Source: Candidatus Latescibacterota bacterium (lineage in GTDB: Bacteria; Latescibacterota; UBA2968; UBA8231). Taken from it: a DNA stretch of 64,000 nt. The notes below the pieces were generated by a model. That model had not been told where the DNA came from and made no database searches. It saw nothing but the letters and a program-made list of their open reading frames with translations. Positions 38,626 through 47,459 of the stretch are shown here, piece by piece. Both the position numbers and the translations under genes were made by a program. Location of the stretch: positions 1,184,001-1,248,000 of the forward strand of contig OZ242005.1 of the NCBI GenBank assembly GCA_965204725.1, read 5' to 3'. Within the stretch, counting starts at the first letter, position 1. Each line of letters begins with the position of its first letter.

Positions 38626-39513
38626 ATGAACAAGGAAAGAATAGCACCCGAACTCGTCGTGGAAAAGGCCGCGCTCATCGGCGAGGGTGCTTTGTGGGAC
38701 GAGGACGATCAGGTGTTGTACTGGGTCGATATTCTCGGCCACGAGGTCTATAGGTACGATCCGGCGAGCCGGGTCAATCGCACCATCCCCACGTGCCAAG
38801 CCGTGGGTACGGTGGTCAAGCGGCGCAGCGGCGGCCTCGTCGTGGCCTTGCACAATGGCTTTGCCCACATCGACTTGGAGACCGAGCGCATGGTGCCCCT
38901 CGGCGAAGACCCCGAGCGGGCGGTCCCGGCCAATCGCTTCAACGACGGCAAGTGCGACCCGGCCGGACGATTGTGGGCGGGGACCATGGCGTTTGGCGGG
39001 GACCGGGACCAAGGCGCGCTCTACTGTCTCGACGCATCGCTGGCGGTGAGCCGGAAGATCGCGCCGGTCAGCGTGTCCAACGGCATCGTCTGGAGCACCG
39101 ACCAGCAGACCATGTACTTCATTGATTCCGGCTTGAACAACGTGCGGGCATACGACTACTGCCGCGACAGCGGCACCATCAGCAACGAGCGCGTGGTGGT
39201 GGAGTACGGAGGGCCGGGGGTGTTGGACGGCATGGCCATTGACGAGGCCGACGCCTTGTGGATCGCCGTGTACGGGGGGTGGTGCGTCCTATGCTACGAT
39301 CCCCGCTCTGGAGAACTGCTGCGCCACTTGGAACTGCCCATGTCCAATGTGACTTCCTGTGCCTTTGGCGGCGCGGAGCTAGACCAACTCTACGTCACCT
39401 CGGCTTGCCAAGGCTTGGATGCCGAGGCGCGGCAGGCCCAGCCTTTGGCCGGGTCGCTGGTGCGGGTCAACCCCGGAGTCCGCGGCGTCCCCTCTAATGC
39501 GTTTGCCGGCTAG
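38626..39513 (+). CDS. SMP-30/gluconolactonase/LRE family protein
   Basis: GEGALWD, RFNDGKCDPAGRLWAGTM, SNG..WS, DGMAID, TSCAFGG; AAGGAGG RBS. Confidence 0.93.
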   Translation: MNKERIAPELVVEKAALIGEGALWDEDDQVLYWVDILGHEVYRYDPASRVNRTIPTCQAVGTVVKRRSGGLVVALHNGFAHIDLETERMVPLGEDPERAVPANRFNDGKCDPAGRLWAGTMAFGGDRDQGALYCLDASLAVSRKIAPVSVSNGIVWSTDQQTMYFIDSGLNNVRAYDYCRDSGTISNERVVVEYGGPGVLDGMAIDEADALWIAVYGGWCVLCYDPRSGELLRHLELPMSNVTSCAFGGAELDQLYVTSACQGLDAEARQAQPLAGSLVRVNPGVRGVPSNAFAG

Positions 39514-40292
39514 ACGGCGCGCATTTCGTCCGACCAGTCGCGCCACATATCCTTTTGCGGCGGCTCCTGTTGGGTTTGTTCCATATCCTGCTTGAGAAAG
39601 TCGTAGAGCACGGCTTGGCGCAGTTGGCGCGAAGTGTTGGGGCTAGCCATGTGGCCGAGGCGGTGGTGCCAGAAGACGATGTCGCCGGCCCGGCCGTGGG
39701 TATCGACGGGGGTGCGCTGGTTGAATGCGGTGCGCACTTTTTCGTAGGCGGCTTCGTCTTGGTCGCGGAGGTATTGCGAAGTGAAGGTCGGGTAGAAGGC
39801 GCGGTGGCTTTCAGGCCAGACCATGAAGCTGCCGCCGTTGGGCGGCACGTCGTCGATGTAGCCGACCACGCCGAGGTGGAAGGGGTGGCCGTCGGTGTGG
39901 CAGCCGAGGGCTTGAGGCGGGTGATCGCCGTAGGGCAACGTGCAGTAGATGCCGCGGATGCGCTCGGGCTGGACGAGCTGGCCCTTGCCGAGCATTTGCT
40001 CGGCCATGCCCCACACTTTGGGGTCGGTCGCCAGCAGGCGCACCATCCACTCCTCGCCGCCCGGCTCGCGGAAGTTCCAGCGAAAGCCGCGGCGGTGGTT
40101 GGCACCGTCGAGGTTTTCTTCGTCTTGGCGGAACGGGCCAACCCAGGTGGCGGGGTCGTCGCGGCGGCGGCCCGGAGGTGCGCCGTCCCACAGCCGAGCG
40201 CGGGCGCGTTCCATGAGCGCGGGGTCAAGCACACCCCGCTTGATGAGGTAGCCGTTGCGCTTGAAGAAGCGCATTTCGTCGGTCGTCAGCAT
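39510..40292 (-). CDS. PhyH family Fe(II)/2OG dioxygenase
   Basis: F..NGYLI, CHTD, GGSFMVWPESH, GDIVFWHHRLGH..SPN...LR. Confidence 0.85.
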   Translation of the reverse strand: MLTTDEMRFFKRNGYLIKRGVLDPALMERARARLWDGAPPGRRRDDPATWVGPFRQDEENLDGANHRRGFRWNFREPGGEEWMVRLLATDPKVWGMAEQMLGKGQLVQPERIRGIYCTLPYGDHPPQALGCHTDGHPFHLGVVGYIDDVPPNGGSFMVWPESHRAFYPTFTSQYLRDQDEAAYEKVRTAFNQRTPVDTHGRAGDIVFWHHRLGHMASPNTSRQLRQAVLYDFLKQDMEQTQQEPPQKDMWRDWSDEMRAV

Positions 40293-40408
40293 GTTTTTAC
40301 CCGTTAGATTAGAATGGATTGAGAAGGATACGCAAAGGGTGTGCGTTTGGAAAGAGAAAGGCCGCGATTTGGCGTCGGGGAAGCGGCAATCAGGCCGGGC
40401 GCAACCGC

Positions 40409-40437
40409 TTGACAGGTATCAGGCGAAAAAGTAGTAT
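40409..40437 (+). promoter_or_regulatory. sigma70-like promoter
   Basis: TTGACA-17 nt-TAGTAT upstream of the AAA ATPase. Confidence 0.55.
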
Positions 40438-40530
40438 AGCGAGTGATATTTAATAGGCCGATAACCAACGTATAACCACTGTAAAAATAGGACGTTGGGA
40501 AATGACGGTCACTTGCCTAGTGGACAGGAC

Positions 40531-41616
40531 ATGGACGAGCATTTTTACGAGAAGCTAGAAATTGAAAATTTCCGCGGCATCAAGTCGCTGGAGATTGACG
40601 ACCTCGAGCGGGTCAATCTGTTTGTCGGCAGGAATAATTGCGGCAAGACCTCAGTGTTGGAAGCGGCGTCTTTGTTGACTGGAATGTCAGATCCTACCTT
40701 GATCCTTGGGATAGAAAATCTGAGAGGGCTAAGTCTCAATGAAGGTTCCCATCTGAGGAACTTCTTTTATCGCCAAAAATATACTGAAGGATTTAGATTA
40801 TTCGGAAAGCAAAAAATAGAAAGCAGAGAACTCAATGTTCGTCCAATATATGAAAATTTCAATGCTGGACAAATAGATTTAGCTTCATCGAACCGTTCGG
40901 CTAGAGCGAGAGATATGATCGAAACATATATGTTACGCTCTAAAGCGGAGCAGTCATTGAACGGACTAAAATTTAGATTCACTCATTCGGCTAAGAACAG
41001 TCGTCAATACGAAGCTACAATGCGTTTGGTGGAATCGGAGGATTCCCCATTTAGTTTTCAGTCGGATGAAGAATACAAGGAAAATACACCTTTTTGGTTT
41101 TTAGGTCAGCAGTACAATCCGAATATGGTTGACAGGATGCTTAATGAAAAGCACAAGGACATGATAGTGGGCTACCTTCAAGACATAGAGTCTAACGTTC
41201 AGGATATGAGGATTGGATTGGATGGGGTTGTGATGATCGATATTGGAATGGACAACTTCCTGCCGATCAATCACCTTGGCGACGGGATAGTGCGTATTCT
41301 GAATATGCTATCCTATATATATAGCACTAGGAACGGGATTTTGATGATTGACGAAGTTGAAAACGGCCTCCATGTTTCGTCTATAGAATATATGTGGGAG
41401 ATGGTGCTGGAGTCTTCCAAGCAAAACAATACACAGATATTCATGACGACCCATAGCAGCGACGTCATAAAGGGCCTGAGTTTGGCCCTAAAAGACAAAT
41501 CGGATTCAGTCGCCGGCTTTTGGCTGAGTAAGTTTGACGACCGAATCAAAGCCTATAGATATTCGCCAGATCGGTTGGAGAAAGCCTTAGATGCAGGTAT
41601 CGATATCCGCCAGTAA
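40531..41616 (+). CDS. ABC/AAA_15-AAA_21 ATPase (AbiEii/OLD-like), no partner gene
   Basis: IENFRG, GRNNCGKTS Walker A, LGDG signature, LMIDEVENGLH, TTHS; AT-rich. Confidence 0.88.
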   Translation: MDEHFYEKLEIENFRGIKSLEIDDLERVNLFVGRNNCGKTSVLEAASLLTGMSDPTLILGIENLRGLSLNEGSHLRNFFYRQKYTEGFRLFGKQKIESRELNVRPIYENFNAGQIDLASSNRSARARDMIETYMLRSKAEQSLNGLKFRFTHSAKNSRQYEATMRLVESEDSPFSFQSDEEYKENTPFWFLGQQYNPNMVDRMLNEKHKDMIVGYLQDIESNVQDMRIGLDGVVMIDIGMDNFLPINHLGDGIVRILNMLSYIYSTRNGILMIDEVENGLHVSSIEYMWEMVLESSKQNNTQIFMTTHSSDVIKGLSLALKDKSDSVAGFWLSKFDDRIKAYRYSPDRLEKALDAGIDIRQ

Positions 41617-41677
41617 ACGCCCCCCTGACGGACCCGTTGTATCCCGCTTAACGACCCCCCAATAGGAGCCATTAAAC

Positions 41678-42433
41678 ATGACCCAAGTAGAGCAATATCT
41701 GTTTGATCTCCAAGGCTATCTAATCGTCGAGGATGTGTTGGATGCGGAAGCGGTTGCCGCGTTGAACCGGCTGATTGACGCCCAAGCACTGGATGCGGAT
41801 GTCGAGCAGGCGCGAGGGCGGCTGCACAGCGGTGGGTTTTTGACGTGGGGGCAACCCTTTGTCGATTTGCTGGACCACGAGCGCGTTATGCCGCTGCTCA
41901 AAGTGATTCTCGGCGATGGCTTCCGGCTCGACCACTACTATGCGATTTATTTAGAGGCCGGGGCCGAGCGGCTCGGGCTGCATGGCGGCAATACCCCCTA
42001 CGATCCGCCGGAATATTACCACTTCCGCAATGGACAGATGTACAATGGGCTGACGGTCGTCGCTTGGAACTTGGCCGACACCGGGCCGGCGCAGGGCGGC
42101 TTTTGCTGCATTCCGGGCAGCCACAAGGTCAATTATCCCTGTCCGCAGGAAATCCGCGAGGCCCATGTCGAGGCCGGGTGCGTAGTGGTGCCGGAGGCCA
42201 AGGCCGGGTCGGTGGTGATTTTTACCGAGGCGCTCACGCACGGTACGGCACCGTGGCGGGCCGCGCACCAACGGCGCTCGCTGCTATTCAAATACAGTCC
42301 CGGGCAGCAGTCGTGGTCCAAAAACCACATTGAGCTGCCCGACAGCGTCGCCTTGACCGAGCGGCAGGCCCTGCTTTTTGAGCCGCCGTATTTCCACGCC
42401 CGGGCCTCGCTTTTTGCCGAGGTGCAATCATAA
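41678..42433 (+). CDS. PhyH family Fe(II)/2OG enzyme with HxG motif (halogenase candidate)
   Basis: YLFDLQGYL, FRLD, LHGG, GGFCCIPGSHK, EALTHGT, RRSLLFKY. Confidence 0.85.
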   Translation: MTQVEQYLFDLQGYLIVEDVLDAEAVAALNRLIDAQALDADVEQARGRLHSGGFLTWGQPFVDLLDHERVMPLLKVILGDGFRLDHYYAIYLEAGAERLGLHGGNTPYDPPEYYHFRNGQMYNGLTVVAWNLADTGPAQGGFCCIPGSHKVNYPCPQEIREAHVEAGCVVVPEAKAGSVVIFTEALTHGTAPWRAAHQRRSLLFKYSPGQQSWSKNHIELPDSVALTERQALLFEPPYFHARASLFAEVQS

Positions 42434-42489
42434 CCCAGAGCACGCTCATCTTGGACATGCGTGGCATTCAACCGCGAAGGGGGTAATCC

Positions 42490-43605
42490 ATGAAAATCGC
42501 AGAGATTCGGACGTTTTTGGTGGGCAGGTTTTTGTTGGTGCGGGTCTATACCGATGAGGGGATCGTCGGCAATGGGGAGGCTGGGCTGTGGGCGCATCAC
42601 GGGGTCGTAAAAGAGGCTCTAAGGGAGTTGAGCGATTACTACGTAGGCAAGGACCCGCTCCGCATGGAGCATCACTATCAGGTGGTGTCGCGATCGGCGC
42701 ACTTCATGGGTGCGGCCATGAGCGCGGCCATGAGCGCGATAGACGTCGCGCTGTGGGATATATTCGGCAAGGCGGTGAACCGGCCCGTGTACCAGCTATT
42801 GGGCGGCAAGTGCCGGGACAAGGTAAAGGTGTACGAAAACGTCAGCGGACAGACGCCCGCCCAAGTGCGGGAGAGCGCGCAGGCGCGAGTGGAGCAGGGA
42901 TTTACGTCGTTGCGGATGGGGCCGTTTGTCAGCGGATTTGAGCAGCGCACCAGCACGGCCAACATCTCGACGGCCGTGAAATTGGTGGCCGCGGCGCGGG
43001 AGGCGATTGGGGACGAGGTGGATTTGGGGTTGGAAATCCATCGGAATTTGCGGCCGGAGGAGACCATCGCACTGGCCACGGAGTTGACGCCCTTTAAGAT
43101 ACTGTACTACGAAGACCCGCTGCCGCCCCAGAGCTTGGAGGCCCTCGAATACGTCGCTCGGCACATCGACATTCCAATTGCCACGGGCGAGCGATGCTAC
43201 AATCCCTTCCAGTTTAAGGATTTGCTCGACCGCCAGATCGTCAGCCTGATTCGGCCGGACGTGTCGTTGGCCGGCGGCTTCACGCAGGTAAAGAAAATTG
43301 CCGCGCTGGCGGAGACGGCTTTCGTCGGGGTATTTCCCCATCTGATGGGCAGCCCGATCAACAACGCGGCTTTCGCCCAGCTCGCCGCGGCCATTCCCAA
43401 CTACACGCACACTGAGCACAATGCCCTCAACGGGCCGCTGGCCGAGATCGTCGATGAGCCGCTGCGGGTCGAAGGCGGCTATCGGCTGCTGACCGATCGG
43501 CCCGGGATCGGGGTTGAAATCGTCGAGGACGCGCTGGCCAAATACCCGTACGAACGCTGGGCGATTCAGGGCCATTTCCACGCCGACGGGTCGGTGGCGC
43601 ACTAG
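42490..43605 (+). CDS. mandelate racemase/muconate lactonizing enzyme family (galactonate dehydratase-like)
   Basis: TDEGIVG.GE, IDVALWDI.GK, LLGGKCRD, EIH, EDP, ATGER, RPD...AGG, RPGIG. Confidence 0.9.
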   Translation: MKIAEIRTFLVGRFLLVRVYTDEGIVGNGEAGLWAHHGVVKEALRELSDYYVGKDPLRMEHHYQVVSRSAHFMGAAMSAAMSAIDVALWDIFGKAVNRPVYQLLGGKCRDKVKVYENVSGQTPAQVRESAQARVEQGFTSLRMGPFVSGFEQRTSTANISTAVKLVAAAREAIGDEVDLGLEIHRNLRPEETIALATELTPFKILYYEDPLPPQSLEALEYVARHIDIPIATGERCYNPFQFKDLLDRQIVSLIRPDVSLAGGFTQVKKIAALAETAFVGVFPHLMGSPINNAAFAQLAAAIPNYTHTEHNALNGPLAEIVDEPLRVEGGYRLLTDRPGIGVEIVEDALAKYPYERWAIQGHFHADGSVAH

Positions 43606-43614
43606 GAGGCTCTC

Positions 43615-45309
43615 GTGTTTGAGAAAATCTATCTCGAGCCAGAAAACAGGTGTTTTGCCGAGATCATGTCCAACAACAGGAGGTACATTGTACCGCTGTT
43701 TCAGCGAGACTATTCTTGGGAAGAGGAACAATGGGAGGAGCTGTGGGAGGATATTGAGCAAATGCAGCAAAGCCAGACTCAGCACTTTATGGGCTATCTG
43801 GTTTTGCAGACCAAGGACGGAAAGAGCTTTCAAATCATCGACGGCCAGCAGCGCATAACGACTGTTTCTATTGTTATATTAGCAGTATTGCAAACATTGC
43901 AAGCATTGGTCGATGACCAGATCGACGAAGAGGCAAATCGGCAAAGGATAGAGGAATACAAAAGGACCTATATTGGGGTTTTTGACTCCATTACGTTGAC
44001 GACCGCGCCGAAGTTGGTGCTCAATCGACACAACAATCAGCACTTTCGGGCCATGGTGGAAAGGTTGGAGGTGCCCACTAGGCGCAGGCTTACAAAGACC
44101 AATCGGATATTAAATAGGGCGTTTGAGTTCTTTGTAAATAAACTTTCTCAACAGAGAAGCGATGGGAGAAAGCTGGCGACCCTAGTGGAAGATATAGCAG
44201 ATGGCCTGCTCTTTACGGCGATTACCGTTAAAGACGACTTGAATGCCTATACTGTTTTTGAGACCCTCAATGCACGTGGCGTACATTTGGCCACTCCAGA
44301 TTTGTTGAAAAACTATCTCCTCTCAACGTTTGCGAGTCATCCGGCCTTTTTTACGGATGAAAACGTCGACGACTTTGCCGGACGCTGGCAGATGATCATT
44401 GAGCAACTAGGCGAGACTGAGTTCACTAGTTTTCTCCGCAGCCATAGGGGAATGACCGCGCCGCTGCCGCATAAGAGAGAACTTTACAAGTTGCTCCGGC
44501 GAGAGATCGATGCAGCTAAAAAAGTCTTTCCCTATCTTGAGAAACTCGAAAATCGGGCTCCAGTCTATGCCGCCCTGCAAGAACCCCACGACGATTTTTG
44601 GAAGGAACGAGCAGGGCGATATACACAAGCACAGCCCCATTTAGAAACCCTTAAGCTATTTGGCATTAAAACACCTCTCAGTCTGCTCATGGCCGGATAT
44701 GAGAGGTTTTCGCCGCCAGAATTCATCAAGCTGCTCCACTGCATTGCCGTGTTGACGCTGCGCTACAATGTTATTTGCAATCTAGCAACCAATGACCAAG
44801 AGCGGATGTACAACAGTACCGCCAACCAGTTAATGAAGGAAGACTTATCGTTGCAAGGGGTCATGGATAGGCTAAGGCCGATCTATCCGCCCGATGCAGA
44901 GGTGCGCCAGCGATTTAGCGACAAGAGTATGCCAAGTCGCCGCAGTAGCAAAAAAATTGTGTTTCTGTTGCGAGGAATTGAGATGCATTTAAGCAGCCAA
45001 GCCCCCCAAAATCTGACGCTCGAACACGTGTTGCCGTACAATCCCGGCGACGATTGGCAGGCTTATTTTGGCCGTGAGATATACGAAAATGCGATTGACC
45101 GTTTGGGTAACATGGCCTTGCTGCCTTCGTCGCAAAACATGGGACAGGAAGTTTTTGCGCAAAAAAGAGAGAGACTACAGGCTAGCGAGTATCGCATTAA
45201 TCGACACATCGCCGAGTACTCGGAATGGAACATGAACTGCTTAGAGGATCATCAGAGATGGTTGGCGAAGCAGGCAACCGCGGTGTGGAAAATATCGGAA
45301 TACGCTTAG
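43615..45309 (+). CDS. DUF262-DUF1524 (GmrSD/SspE-like) modification-dependent restriction protein
   Basis: FQRDYSW, IIDGQQRITT, FETLNARG, DLLKN, TLEHVLP, LGNMALL. Confidence 0.9.
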   Translation: MFEKIYLEPENRCFAEIMSNNRRYIVPLFQRDYSWEEEQWEELWEDIEQMQQSQTQHFMGYLVLQTKDGKSFQIIDGQQRITTVSIVILAVLQTLQALVDDQIDEEANRQRIEEYKRTYIGVFDSITLTTAPKLVLNRHNNQHFRAMVERLEVPTRRRLTKTNRILNRAFEFFVNKLSQQRSDGRKLATLVEDIADGLLFTAITVKDDLNAYTVFETLNARGVHLATPDLLKNYLLSTFASHPAFFTDENVDDFAGRWQMIIEQLGETEFTSFLRSHRGMTAPLPHKRELYKLLRREIDAAKKVFPYLEKLENRAPVYAALQEPHDDFWKERAGRYTQAQPHLETLKLFGIKTPLSLLMAGYERFSPPEFIKLLHCIAVLTLRYNVICNLATNDQERMYNSTANQLMKEDLSLQGVMDRLRPIYPPDAEVRQRFSDKSMPSRRSSKKIVFLLRGIEMHLSSQAPQNLTLEHVLPYNPGDDWQAYFGREIYENAIDRLGNMALLPSSQNMGQEVFAQKRERLQASEYRINRHIAEYSEWNMNCLEDHQRWLAKQATAVWKISEYA

Positions 45310-46448
45310 ATAGGAGAATGCCACGGAACGACGCGGATCCCTTGGTGGATCGCCTCGGCCGATCCTCCGTACACTAGGATGGGGTCCACGGCCGCAGGCC
45401 CAGCAAGCCGTAGCCAGCGATGCAGCCCCTTAAAAAAGTCGCGATTCAGGGTTTGTCCCGACTTGATCTCAATCGGCTGCAAACCGTCGCCGCGCTGGAC
45501 TAAGAGGTCGATTTCGTGGCCGCTGCGGTCGCGCCAGAAATAGAGGTCGGCCGGCAAGCCCTGATTGTAGCGGGCTTTCAACAATTCTCCGACGATGAAG
45601 GTTTCAAATAAAGCCCCCCGCTGGGCATGGGCATTGAGTTGGGCGGCATCGCGGATCGTTAGTAGATAGACGGCCAGCCCGGGGTCGCAGAAGTACAATT
45701 TGGGCGTCTTGATCAGCCGTTTGTTAAAGTTTTGGTGGTGAGGCTGGAGCAGATAGACGATATAGCTGGCCTCCAGAATGGAAATCCAAGCCCGGGCCGT
45801 GTTGGCGTTGATGCCGGCGTCAGCGGCCAAATTGGACAGGTTGAGCAATTGGCCACTGCGGCCGGCGCACAGGCGCACAAAGCGCTGGAAGACACTCAAA
45901 TCGCGCACATTGACCAGTTGCCGCACGTCCCGTTCGATATAGGTCTGCAAATAGTTGGCGTACCAGATGCTCGGATTGAGCGCGCGGTCGTGGACCGGAG
46001 GATAGAGACCGGTGAAGAGCACGTCGTCCAGCGAAGTTGAGGAACGATAGCACTCGCGGAAGCTAAAGGGCAGCAACTGTACCAACGCAATGCGGCCGGC
46101 CAAGGATTGGGTAACGCCGGCCAGCAGACCGAATTGCTGCGAGCCGGTCAAAACGAAGCGACCGGGGTGCGGGTCGGCATCTACCAAGCCCTGTAGGTAG
46201 GAAAAAAGGTGGGGGCACCGTTGCGCCTCGTCGAAGACGGCCCCGTCGGGATAGGCCGCCAAAAAGCCTCTCGGGTCGTCTTGGGCCCGTTCGTGGTCGT
46301 CGGGGTTTTCCAGCGAGATATAGGGTTTGTCGGCAAAGACGTGGCGGGCGAGGGTTGACTTGCCGGATTGACGCGGGCCGGTGATGCCGATAACCGGATA
46401 GCCCCGGGCCAATTCCCGCAACGTCTTTTCGGCTTGGCGTGGAATCAT
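45306..46448 (-). CDS. AAA_14 ATPase with DUF4143
   Basis: ITGPRQSGKST, FDEAQ, LTGSQ, SLAGR, YIERD, KTPKLYF.D.G, EIDL...IEIKSG. Confidence 0.92.
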   Translation of the reverse strand: MIPRQAEKTLRELARGYPVIGITGPRQSGKSTLARHVFADKPYISLENPDDHERAQDDPRGFLAAYPDGAVFDEAQRCPHLFSYLQGLVDADPHPGRFVLTGSQQFGLLAGVTQSLAGRIALVQLLPFSFRECYRSSTSLDDVLFTGLYPPVHDRALNPSIWYANYLQTYIERDVRQLVNVRDLSVFQRFVRLCAGRSGQLLNLSNLAADAGINANTARAWISILEASYIVYLLQPHHQNFNKRLIKTPKLYFCDPGLAVYLLTIRDAAQLNAHAQRGALFETFIVGELLKARYNQGLPADLYFWRDRSGHEIDLLVQRGDGLQPIEIKSGQTLNRDFFKGLHRWLRLAGPAAVDPILVYGGSAEAIHQGIRVVPWHSPI

Positions 46449-46544
46449 GGGATGGCCCGTTTTTTTGGCTAATTGTGAATTGAATTCTTGATTAGCAAAG
46501 TAAAAACCATACATTCGGCAGTCAATTCAACGCGGGAGAACGCC

Positions 46545-47456
46545 ATGATCGACCATACCTTGCGCGACCAGCTAAAGGATGTTCACGCCTACGCGCTGAC
46601 CATTTACCAGCGCGATGATCCCTACGCCCTCGACTTGGACGGGTTTGCGCGCAATGTCGCGTGGGCGGCCGACCGGGGGGTGCGGGTCTTTGTGGTGGCC
46701 GGTGGGACCGGCGAAAACGACGCGCTGGCCCCGCCCGAGCGCTTGGCACTGGCCGAGTGTGCCCTAGCAACGGTGGGCGAGCGGGCGCTGGTGGTGCCGA
46801 CCTTGCCCGGCAATTTGGGCGAGGCCGCCCAGTTAGCGCCGCGCTACGAGGCATTGGGGGTGCGCGTAGCACTGGCGATGGCGCCCTACACGCGCCACGA
46901 GGCACCCGCAGACCCCGAAGGCGTGTACCAATACTACGCGGCATTGGGGACGCGGTCGGGGCTGGCGCTGATGCCCTACAATACGCAGGGCTGGTCGGCC
47001 GAACTTTTTGAACGGCTGGCCGCCGTGGAGCCGATCGCCGCGATCAAGGACCCCTGCGTTGATCCGCATCCCCTCTTCCGCGCCATCCAGCGGCTCGGCG
47101 ATCGCTTCGTCTGGATCGGCAACAAGCGCCACGACCCGGGCGTGTTGCACTTCCGCTTCCAAGCTGGGATCGAGGGTTTTACCGCGGGTTTTGTCAACTT
47201 TGCCCCGCAGCTAGAGCTGGCCCTGTTTGCGGCTGCACAACGGCAGGATTGGCCGCTTATGATCGAGTTGCAGGAGCGGCTAGCTCCCTTGGAGCGGCTG
47301 CGGGCGCGCTTTGACGACGCGGGCATGCTCAAGGCGACGATGGAACTGATGGGGCTGGCCGGCGGGGCGGTGCGTCCGCCGCGCATGGACGTACCGCCGG
47401 CCGGGCGCGAGGCCATTAAAAAGGAATTGCAGCACTTGGGGGTTTTGGGCGCGTAG
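46545..47456 (+). CDS. dihydrodipicolinate synthase family (class I aldolase)
   Basis: GGTGE, MPYN, AIKD Schiff-base Lys, K..MEL.GL..G.VRPP. Confidence 0.85.
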   Translation: MIDHTLRDQLKDVHAYALTIYQRDDPYALDLDGFARNVAWAADRGVRVFVVAGGTGENDALAPPERLALAECALATVGERALVVPTLPGNLGEAAQLAPRYEALGVRVALAMAPYTRHEAPADPEGVYQYYAALGTRSGLALMPYNTQGWSAELFERLAAVEPIAAIKDPCVDPHPLFRAIQRLGDRFVWIGNKRHDPGVLHFRFQAGIEGFTAGFVNFAPQLELALFAAAQRQDWPLMIELQERLAPLERLRARFDDAGMLKATMELMGLAGGAVRPPRMDVPPAGREAIKKELQHLGVLGA

Positions 47457-47459
47457 GCC

